NCBI RefSeq assembly: GCF_000619845.1
Contig: NZ_JHUX01000003.1
Span: forward strand, 460,064 to 492,063
Source of the DNA: Alkanindiges illinoisensis DSM 15370
GTDB taxonomy: Bacteria; Pseudomonadota; Gammaproteobacteria; Pseudomonadales; Moraxellaceae
Length of the DNA: 32,000 bases
Direction: 5' to 3'
In this document: positions 24,812 through 32,000 of the stretch, piece by piece
How positions within the stretch are numbered: position 1 is the first letter of the stretch
Layout of the letters: each line of letters opens with the position of its first letter
Translations under genes and position numbers: made by a program
Notes under the pieces: model-generated
Seen by the model: the letters and a program-made list of their open reading frames with translations, nothing else
Databases searched by the model: none
What the model was told of the DNA's origin: nothing

Positions 24812-25816
24812 TTGCCAGAGTATGCGCCATTGAGTTCCGGTTTAAATCCTCATCATTCAAAAGTTGTGCATGTTGCTGTGGGCGTTATTGTGCAATCTGA
24901 TCAGGTGCTGATTTGCTGGCGTGATGCCAGTTTGCACCAAGGCAACCGCTATGAATTTCCAGGCGGTAAGGTGGAAGCCAGTGAAACGCCGCTGCAAGCC
25001 TTGACACGTGAACTGCTTGAGGAAATTAATATTCAGGTCAAAAAAGCAATCCGTGCGCAGCAGTTATATTTTAATTATCCTGAAAAAACTGTATGCCTGC
25101 ATATTTTTAAGGTGACTGAATTTGAGGGTGAGCCTTGTGGGCAACAGAATCAGGCAATTCGCTGGATCAATAAGCATGAGCTTGGCCAGTATCAGTTTCC
25201 GGATGCCAATGCGCCCATTTTGCGCATGGTATTGTTACCAGACCAGTATGTGATTACACAGTCTCAAGATCATCAGCAAACTGTAGATCAATGGCTGGAC
25301 TGGCATAGTCAACACACACCACAACAGGCATGGTTATATGTGCGCCATAAACAGCTGGATGCCAGCCTGTACCAGCACGCTATTAAGACATTGTCCAGTC
25401 AGCGACCAGACCTAAAACTGATTGCCATGTATTCACAAGTTAAAACATTAAAGCCAGTGTGGCCTGAACTGGAGACAGTCATAATAGGCGTGCATTTGAG
25501 CCAGCGTGATCTGATGCAGTTGAATGACAAGGTGCAGTTGCCATCATCATGGCTTTACTTTGCAGCTTGCCATGATGCCGCATCCATTCATCAAGCCAAT
25601 ACATTGGCAATGGATGCCATCTTATTAAGTCCTGTACATACTACCAGCACACATGCCGGACAGGCTGGTTTAGGCTGGGCAGCATGGCAGCAGCTTTGTG
25701 AACAATGTAATGTACCCGTGTATGCGCTGGGCGGGACTGCACCTGATGATCTGGCTCAGGTGCATCAGGCTGGTGGATTTGGTGTGGCAGGTATTCGTGC
25801 GTTTTATCAGTCTTAA
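24812..25816 (+). CDS. mutT: Nudix (MutT-like 8-oxo-dGTP diphosphatase) fused to a ThiE/TenI-like domain
   Basis: The Nudix box is GGKVEASETPLQALTRELLEEINI. The C-terminal half ends in ...VPVYALGGTAPDDL...GGFGVAGIRAF, typical of the thiamine-phosphate-synthase-like fold. The start is uncertain: the track uses TTG 24812, and no in-frame ATG lies nearby. Confidence 0.75.
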   Translation: MPEYAPLSSGLNPHHSKVVHVAVGVIVQSDQVLICWRDASLHQGNRYEFPGGKVEASETPLQALTRELLEEINIQVKKAIRAQQLYFNYPEKTVCLHIFKVTEFEGEPCGQQNQAIRWINKHELGQYQFPDANAPILRMVLLPDQYVITQSQDHQQTVDQWLDWHSQHTPQQAWLYVRHKQLDASLYQHAIKTLSSQRPDLKLIAMYSQVKTLKPVWPELETVIIGVHLSQRDLMQLNDKVQLPSSWLYFAACHDAASIHQANTLAMDAILLSPVHTTSTHAGQAGLGWAAWQQLCEQCNVPVYALGGTAPDDLAQVHQAGGFGVAGIRAFYQS

Positions 25817-25952
25817 ATAAATGAAATCAGGCTTGAATCAAATGATTAGCAGTTAGGATCACCTTAAGCCAGATGAGTTGATTAAAGTCTGCCTAATGAA
25901 AACCTGATTCATTAAACCATAATGCATTGAAGTATTTTTAAAAGAAGTGGCT

Positions 25953-26615
25953 TTAAAACTGGCTGGCCAGCTTCTGGATTTGACTACGGGCCTGACTGGC
26001 CAGCGCGGCATTATTTTGCAGTTCTGCGGAAGCCAGAATCAATTGCCAGAATGCATGCTGCTGACGCGGATTGCTGGTGAGCATCAGGCCTTTACGGGCC
26101 ATGGCTTCAGCATTGCCACCTTGCCGTTTCTTCAATGCAACTTCACTAAGGCGGGCATACACTGCTGCTGATTGCGGTGCCATGCGTTGTGCCTGAATCA
26201 GGGTCTGCTCAGCAGCATTAAGCTGATTGGCCTGAATCTGTTGTTGCGCCTGCGCCATAAGTCTACTAAACGCAGGAATATTGCTGCCGTCACGGAGTAC
26301 AACTTTGGGCTGTACCGGACGTGGTACTGGCATAGCCGATGGCAGGCGCTGGCTTTGAATGGAAGGCTCTGTATATTCAGGCAATGGTGTACGCTTGGCA
26401 CCATTTTCCTGAACTTTGGCAGGAGTGGCCGGTGCAGTCACAACTGGCCGGGTTTTTTCTTCAATGTCCAGATAGGGGCTTGAGGATTTCTTTACCCCGG
26501 TCATGCTTTGACAACCTGTGAGCAGGCTAATACCCATTAAAGGTAACAAAACCAGTAAAGCCGGTTTAAGTGCAGTTTTAGACCCTACAGATGTTGTCGT
26601 TATGTTCATTGTCAT
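25953..26615 (-). CDS. TPR-like lipoprotein immediately downstream of PBP1B (LpoP-like candidate activator)
   Basis: I prefer ATG 26615 (GAGG 9 nt upstream) over the track's TTG 26633. The lipobox is LLTGC. A Pro-rich, apparently disordered linker is followed by a C-terminal helical-repeat region. It starts 18 nt after the mrcB stop. Confidence 0.55.
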   Translation of the reverse strand: MTMNITTTSVGSKTALKPALLVLLPLMGISLLTGCQSMTGVKKSSSPYLDIEEKTRPVVTAPATPAKVQENGAKRTPLPEYTEPSIQSQRLPSAMPVPRPVQPKVVLRDGSNIPAFSRLMAQAQQQIQANQLNAAEQTLIQAQRMAPQSAAVYARLSEVALKKRQGGNAEAMARKGLMLTSNPRQQHAFWQLILASAELQNNAALASQARSQIQKLASQF

Positions 26616-26633
26616 GGGTATTGCCTCAATCAA

Positions 26634-29063
26634 TTATTCACTGGACCAGAAACGGCGTACCACTGGCGGCTTGCCAGTATCAGGGTCTGGCGGTAATTCC
26701 AGATTGATGCTGGCTTCGCCTGTGTCGGCAGGCTCCGGTACACGGCGGGCATATTGCTGGTAAACCGGCTGGCCATTTTCATCCAGTTCAGTTTCGCCAT
26801 AGGGTGCTTCCTGTGAACCATAGATATGGAGCATGCCACAGGACGTAGCCTGATTAGGCACTGTAGACGCCAGCATGGGAATATAAACAGCACCGGGACA
26901 TTCCTGTGCAGACAGGTTACCACTGGCCTGATCAATCCATTGCCACTGCACCGTGGTGGGCTGTATTGGCTCAACGGGTGCCAGATTAAGCTGTTTCATC
27001 ACATTGATCCATACTGGTAAGGCACCACTGGAACCTGTCAGGCCGATAGGTCGATTGTCATCATGCCCCAGCCAGACCACTGCCACATAATTGCCACTGT
27101 AACCTGCAAACCATGAATCACGCGCGTCGTTGGTGGTGCCACTTTTACCTGCAAGATTTAAATTAGAGGGTAGCGTGGCGTAAGCACTGGCACCTGTACC
27201 GCTACGCATCACCTGCTGTAGTGCATAGTTAAGCAGGTAAACGCCACCCGGATCCAGACTCTGGCGCACATTCAGGCCATAACGCTGTAGGGGATTACCC
27301 TTGGCATCCACCACGCTACGAATGGAGCGGGGGGCATAGCGAAAGCCATTGGCGGCATAAACCTGATACATGCCCAATACCTGCATGGGCGACAGGTTGA
27401 CTGCACCCAGCAGAATGGATGGATAAGGTTTAATGTCATCATCAATACCCAAAGTATGCAGGGTATTAATAAAGCTGGGAATGCCCATTTCCCAGCCCAG
27501 ACGCACAGTAGCCAGATTATAGGAGTGCGCTAGTGCATATACTAAGGGTACTGTTCCATGACTTTGCCCATCATAGTTTTTGGGTTTCCAGTCTTTCATA
27601 CCCATGCCGGTAATGCTGACTGGCGCATCACTAATGGGACTATTCAAGCTATAACGCTGCGATTCCAATGCATTAAAGTACACCACTGGCTTTAACAGCG
27701 AACCCACCTGGCGCTTGGCATCCAGCGCACGGTTAAAGCCGGTGAACATGCCTGAACCACCCACCACAGCCAGAATTTCACCATTTTCAGGATTGGCAAC
27801 AGTAACCGCACCCTGCAAGCCTTCCAGCCGTTTTGGGTTGCGCTTGATGAGTTGTTTGAGCGTGGCGTCAAACGCCCTGTTGGCTGAGGTCTGTACAATG
27901 GGATCAAGAGTAGTAAAAATGCGCAGGCCTTCACTGGTCAGGTCCACTTCCTGATATTCTTCTTTAAGCTGGCGGCGTACTACATCCAGAAAGTCCGGGA
28001 ACAGGCTCTGGCCAACGGTTGGCTTTTTAATTACATTGAGTTTGGTTTTTATGGCATCGTCATATTGCTGCTGATCAATTCTGCCTGTAATTAGCATGTT
28101 GTGCAGGACCACGTTACGGCGTTCCAGCGCCAGCGCAGGATTGCGCCACGGATTGTACAAGCTTGGCCCTTTTACCAGACCCACCAGAAATGCCATTTGC
28201 GGTAACTTCAGCTCATTTAAGGGCTGGCCAAAATAAAACTGGGCTGCCAGTCCAAAACCGTTAATGGAATGATTGCCATTTTGTCCCAGATTCACTTCAT
28301 TTAAGTAAGCTTCCAGAATGTCATTTTTGTTGTAGTGCAGTTCTACCAGCAATGCCATCAGGGCTTCATTGGCCTTGCGCTTTAAGGTGCGCTCAGGGCT
28401 TAAATAAAAATTCTTTACCAATTGCTGGGTTAGGGTAGAGCCACCCTGCCGCGGGCCGCCAGTCATGTTACTCACCATGGCGCGCGCAATCCCGCGAATA
28501 GACACACCGTGATGGCTATAAAACTTGCGGTCTTCCGTGGCAATCAGGGCATCAATTAAAGGCTGGGGAACTTTGCCAAGCTGAATCAGTACGCGGTCTT
28601 CATTGTGGCGCGGATAGATACCACCTACCAGAATGGGTTCCAGACGGGCGATGCCGGTGCCATTTTGCTGGGTACTGCGGACATCAGTGACCTGCTGGCC
28701 ATCTGTGGTAACTTCAAGTACCTGTTCCGGCTCGGTGGAATCGCCAAAATCAAAGCCCCGGGTATGTACATAGACCATGCTGCCTTTATCAACATAAGTC
28801 CCCGGTGATTCATAGTTATCAGCTTTTTTATAATTGAGCAGTTTGAGTTCCTGTTTCAGGTTATCCGGGGTTACCAGTGCACCGTTAAACAGCTCAAGGG
28901 GCCGTGCAAATACCTTGGCAGGAATTTCCCAGCGCTTGCCTTCAAATTTGCTACGTACAATATAGTCAAGCCTTACGGTATAAATGCCCAGACCAACGAA
29001 TGCAGCCAGAATAATAATAACCAGCACCATGCTGATGAAGGTAAAACCACGTGATAAATTCAT
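26634..29063 (-). CDS. mrcB: Bifunctional class A penicillin-binding protein 1B (glycosyltransferase/transpeptidase)
   Basis: It has an N-terminal TM anchor. GT51 motifs are EDRKFYSHHG, GGSTLTQQLVKN and RKANEALMAL. Transpeptidase motifs are SLLK (SxxK), SYN (SxN) and KSGTT (KxG). Confidence 0.9.
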   Translation of the reverse strand: MNLSRGFTFISMVLVIIILAAFVGLGIYTVRLDYIVRSKFEGKRWEIPAKVFARPLELFNGALVTPDNLKQELKLLNYKKADNYESPGTYVDKGSMVYVHTRGFDFGDSTEPEQVLEVTTDGQQVTDVRSTQQNGTGIARLEPILVGGIYPRHNEDRVLIQLGKVPQPLIDALIATEDRKFYSHHGVSIRGIARAMVSNMTGGPRQGGSTLTQQLVKNFYLSPERTLKRKANEALMALLVELHYNKNDILEAYLNEVNLGQNGNHSINGFGLAAQFYFGQPLNELKLPQMAFLVGLVKGPSLYNPWRNPALALERRNVVLHNMLITGRIDQQQYDDAIKTKLNVIKKPTVGQSLFPDFLDVVRRQLKEEYQEVDLTSEGLRIFTTLDPIVQTSANRAFDATLKQLIKRNPKRLEGLQGAVTVANPENGEILAVVGGSGMFTGFNRALDAKRQVGSLLKPVVYFNALESQRYSLNSPISDAPVSITGMGMKDWKPKNYDGQSHGTVPLVYALAHSYNLATVRLGWEMGIPSFINTLHTLGIDDDIKPYPSILLGAVNLSPMQVLGMYQVYAANGFRYAPRSIRSVVDAKGNPLQRYGLNVRQSLDPGGVYLLNYALQQVMRSGTGASAYATLPSNLNLAGKSGTTNDARDSWFAGYSGNYVAVVWLGHDDNRPIGLTGSSGALPVWINVMKQLNLAPVEPIQPTTVQWQWIDQASGNLSAQECPGAVYIPMLASTVPNQATSCGMLHIYGSQEAPYGETELDENGQPVYQQYARRVPEPADTGEASINLELPPDPDTGKPPVVRRFWSSE

Positions 29064-29226
29064 GCGTCGAAAAAATAAAAAATGATATATAAAATTAAAG
29101 GCGATAATGCGTGAGCAGTGTTACAGATGCAATCAAAACACTGTTAAAACATGCAAATTGCCCGACTAAATTCTGCCTGTATGGCAACTGCTGTTTTGCT
29201 TTAAAGTTAATAGTAATATCAAACGC

Positions 29227-29673
29227 TTAATAGCGTGGCGTATTGGGATTGACATCAGTCTGGTTAACGTAATTTTTAACTTCAAGATAGGCATGACAAC
29301 CGCTTAAATATTCAGTACTTAGCATTCTGCATTGTTCGGGCGTGCTAATTTTTTGTTCATTGGCCCATTCATAGCCCATATTATAGTTCTGGTCAGCACT
29401 GGATTCAGAGCTTAATGGATGGGCTGCACTGGTGTTCTGCATGTGTGCGTACATTTGCCTGGCAGAATCAGGTGCGCGTGAGGGTGCATAAACGGGCGTG
29501 GCTGGCGGCTGCACCTTATTAAAAACATGATTAATAGGGGAGTGCGACACATAAGAGGCTGACGAGGTTACTGTGTTTTCACGCACGATAATCCAGCCGA
29601 CAACCGCCACAAAAAGAACAATAAGCGTAATGAGTACCGCCAAAAATCGATTATTCCACTTTAGTTTTATCAT
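29227..29673 (-). CDS. Hypothetical membrane-anchored protein (148 aa)
   Basis: GGAG RBS (ggagctcaaaaaccATG). It has an N-terminal TM helix (FLAVLITLIVLFVAVVGWIIV). A perfect TATAAT on the minus strand lies at 29738-29743. I recognise no family. Confidence 0.5.
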   Translation of the reverse strand: MIKLKWNNRFLAVLITLIVLFVAVVGWIIVRENTVTSSASYVSHSPINHVFNKVQPPATPVYAPSRAPDSARQMYAHMQNTSAAHPLSSESSADQNYNMGYEWANEQKISTPEQCRMLSTEYLSGCHAYLEVKNYVNQTDVNPNTPRY

Positions 29674-29822
29674 GGTTTTTGAGCTCCTTCAGCAAGCTCT
29701 GGTATTTTTTAAAATAGCCAAATCTCTGATGTCGCTCATTATATGAGTAGACTGGCCTAAAACCAAACATATCTCATCGGTTTTGGATAACTGGTGGCTG
29801 TGCAGAAAAAAGATGACGGCTG

Positions 29823-31304
29823 CTAGAGCTCGTCATCGTCAGTGCTACTGATGCCCAGCTCCTTAAGTTTGCGGGTGAGGGTATTACGTCCCCAACCCAG
29901 CAATTCTGCTGCATGCCGCTTGCGACCATGGCTATAATCCAGCGCGGCATCAATCATGGTGCGCTCAAATAGCGGTAAAGCAGTTTCCAACAGTTGCTGT
30001 TCCCCAGCCAGCAGTTTTTGCTTGGCCCATTGACGCAGCAGGCCATCCCACTGATCAGGACTGATTGCCGCATGCGTATTTGCCACAGCTTTGTCATTGC
30101 TTGGACTGATCAATAGTTGATCGTGTTCTTGTTGATGTAATTGACGCAGCTCTGCAGGCAGGTCTTCCGGAAAAATTTCACGGCCAGTCACCATAACAGT
30201 CAGCCAGCGGCAGGTGTTCTCCAACTGGCGCACATTGCCGGGCCATGGCAGTTGCTGCATGTAGGTAATGGTTTCCTTGCGCAGGATTTTTGGGTCTACC
30301 GACAGTTCGCGGCCAGCACGGGCCAGAAAATGACCAGCCAGCATGGGAATGTCTTCACTGCGGTCGCGCAACTTGGGAATATGAATCCGAATCACATTTA
30401 AGCGATGGTATAAGTCTTCGCGGAACTTGCCAGACGCCACCAATTTTTCCAGATCCTGATGGGTTGCCGCAATAATGCGTACATCAACCTTGACTGGCGT
30501 ATGACCACCCACCCGATAAAATTCGCCATCTGCCAAGACACGCAGCAGGCGGGTCTGGGTTTCAAATGGCATGTCACCAATTTCATCCAGAAACAGTGTG
30601 CCGCCATTGGATTGCTCAAACCGACCCTGACGCTGGGTATTTGCGCCGGTAAACGCCCCTTTTTCATGGCCAAATAATTCGGTTTCAATCAGGTCTTTGG
30701 GAATGGCAGCCATGTTTAGGGCAATAAATGGCTTGGCGCTGCGTGGTGAATGACGATGCAACGCATGGGCAACCAGTTCCTTGCCCGTACCGGATTCACC
30801 ATTAATTAGCACCGTAATATGCGATTGCGACAAACGGCCAATAGCCCGGAAAACTTCCTGCATGGCAGGCGATTCACCAATAATGTCAACCGTCTTTAGG
30901 GGAGCAATACGTCCGGTATCCTGCTGTTGCAATTTGGCGGCATGCTGGATAGCACGGCTGACCAGTGTCAGGGCTTCATCAATATCAAAAGGCTTGGGCA
31001 GGTATTCAAATGCCCCGGTCTGGTAACTGGACACCGCAGATTCAAGGTCTGAATGTGCAGTCATGATAATCACAGGCAGATCAGGATGAGAGGCTTTTAC
31101 CCGGGATAAAAATGTCAGGCCATCGATGCCGGGCATGCGAATATCGGTCAGGATCACATCGGGCTGTTCTTTTTCCAGACGATCCAGCGCAGTCTGGCCT
31201 TCTTCAAAGCTGGTGACATTAAAGCCTTCTTCTTTAAAGGTCTTTTCAAGTACCCATCGCATGGCACGATCATCATCAATCACCCAAATGGCTTCATGCG
31301 ACAT
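29823..31304 (-). CDS. ntrC: Nitrogen regulation sigma-54-dependent response regulator NtrC
   Basis: I prefer ATG 31304 (GGAG upstream) over the track's TTG 31319. It has a receiver domain (VIDDD...DIRMPGIDG), an AAA+ domain with GESGTGKE and GAFTGA, and a C-terminal Fis-type HTH (AAELLGWGRNTLTRKLKELG). Confidence 0.9.
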   Translation of the reverse strand: MSHEAIWVIDDDRAMRWVLEKTFKEEGFNVTSFEEGQTALDRLEKEQPDVILTDIRMPGIDGLTFLSRVKASHPDLPVIIMTAHSDLESAVSSYQTGAFEYLPKPFDIDEALTLVSRAIQHAAKLQQQDTGRIAPLKTVDIIGESPAMQEVFRAIGRLSQSHITVLINGESGTGKELVAHALHRHSPRSAKPFIALNMAAIPKDLIETELFGHEKGAFTGANTQRQGRFEQSNGGTLFLDEIGDMPFETQTRLLRVLADGEFYRVGGHTPVKVDVRIIAATHQDLEKLVASGKFREDLYHRLNVIRIHIPKLRDRSEDIPMLAGHFLARAGRELSVDPKILRKETITYMQQLPWPGNVRQLENTCRWLTVMVTGREIFPEDLPAELRQLHQQEHDQLLISPSNDKAVANTHAAISPDQWDGLLRQWAKQKLLAGEQQLLETALPLFERTMIDAALDYSHGRKRHAAELLGWGRNTLTRKLKELGISSTDDDEL

Positions 31305-31319
31305 GTTGACTATCTCCAA

Positions 31320-32000
31320 TTATTCCCAAGGCAAAAACAAACTAAAAATGGTACAGCCGGGTTCAGACTGGCACTCAATCATTCCACCATGCTGATGCAC
31401 AATATTCTGTGCAATACTCAAGCCAAGCCCGGTACCACTGGCACGGCCTGTCACCATCGGATAAAAAACCGATTCAACAATATCGGCCGGAATACCGGGG
31501 CCGTTGTCTTCCAGGTCAACGCGGATCACACTACGATGCAGCACCCCATTGATGTTAAACATACGCTGGATACGGGTACGCAGCACAATTTTAGGGTCCC
31601 GCTCGCTAAAAATTTCCGGATTTTCACTAATTGCCTGCACGGCATTCACACAGATATTTAGCATCACCTGAATCATCTGGTCGCGGTCAGCATTGACTTC
31701 CGGCAGGGAAAGATCATAGTCACGAATCACCTGCACGGTATTTTTAGTCTGGCTTAAAATCAGGCTACGTACCCGTTCCAGCGGCTCATGGATATTGACC
31801 TTTTGCAGGGAAGGCAAATGCCGTGAACCCAGCATGGTATCGGCCAGCGTACGCAGGCGATCCACTTCACTAATAATAATCTCGGTAAATTCGCTGACAC
31901 TGCCGTCGGGCAGGCTGCGTGCCAGTAACTGGGTTGCCCCGCGAATACCGCCCAAAGGATTCTTGATTTCATGCGCAACCCCACGCACCAGCTGGCGGGC
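31320..32000 (-). CDS. ntrB: Nitrogen regulation sensor histidine kinase NtrB (C-terminal part; the gene continues beyond the window)
   Basis: The H-box is HEIKNPLGGIRGATQLL, and the ATP-lid motifs are DNGPGIP and GTGLGLSIAQ. The frame remains open to the window edge. The intergenic gap to ntrC is 15 nt. Confidence 0.85.
   Translation of the reverse strand, partial: ARQLVRGVAHEIKNPLGGIRGATQLLARSLPDGSVSEFTEIIISEVDRLRTLADTMLGSRHLPSLQKVNIHEPLERVRSLILSQTKNTVQVIRDYDLSLPEVNADRDQMIQVMLNICVNAVQAISENPEIFSERDPKIVLRTRIQRMFNINGVLHRSVIRVDLEDNGPGIPADIVESVFYPMVTGRASGTGLGLSIAQNIVHQHGGMIECQSEPGCTIFSLFLPWE

Noticed and set aside
25826-25912. A long-range inverted repeat AATGAAATCAGG ... CCTGATTCATT between the mutT-like and LpoP-like genes, as a bidirectional terminator
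   Set aside because: The arms are ~60 nt apart with one bulge, and no adjacent T or A tracts are present. That is too weak to call.
130-31984. Dozens of 60-170-aa ORFs in the track nested in or antisense to long CDSs (for example 130..447-, 709..1209-, 3286..3582-, 7662..8039-, 9534..9905-, 10113..10532-, 13640..14023-, 14197..14626+, 22865..23221+, 26172..26483+, 26630..26974-, 31296..31661+)
   Set aside because: Each is wholly contained in a longer ORF that has recognisable family motifs. Their translations are Cys/Arg/Trp-rich or low-complexity, as is typical of off-frame reads. They have no independent start signals.
1-32000. CRISPR arrays, rRNA and tRNA genes
   Set aside because: I saw no regularly spaced direct repeats with unique spacers, and no cloverleaf-compatible or rRNA-like conserved segments in any intergenic region.

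Overview
The window appears to be chromosomal DNA from a gamma-proteobacterium. Gene content suggests a Moraxellaceae/Acinetobacter-like organism, but that is inference and no database was searched.

- **Bases 1-10.7 kb:** an NRPS-independent (IucA/IucC-type) hydroxamate siderophore locus. It holds two NIS synthetases, an N-hydroxylating flavin monooxygenase, a small IucB/RhbD-like acyltransferase and an MFS transporter. A Fur-box-preceded sub-operon follows: a 122-aa unknown protein, an RhtX/FptX-like permease and a TonB-dependent receptor.
- **Bases 10.7-22 kb:** a region rich in c-di-GMP genes. It contains a GAF-PAS-PAS-GGDEF-EAL protein and two diverged GAF-GGDEF paralogues, one canonical and one with degenerate active and inhibitory sites. 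It also contains secreted/lipoprotein genes, an SDR oxidoreductase and a ~710-bp ORF-free gap.
- **Bases 18.2-21.05 kb (best novelty candidate):** a visibly AT-rich islet of four same-strand orphan genes. Two are zinc-ribbon/transmembrane microproteins with an identical CxxC-x10-CxxC layout, and one of them falls below the ORF-track cutoff.
- **Bases 22-32 kb:** a large alpha/beta-hydrolase lipoprotein sits downstream of a hand-found hemP gene that has a near-consensus Fur box. Next come a MutT-ThiE-like fusion, an LpoP-like TPR lipoprotein next to PBP1B (mrcB), a small membrane-anchored protein, and ntrC plus partial ntrB.

I recognised no rRNA, tRNA, CRISPR array, transposase or integrase.
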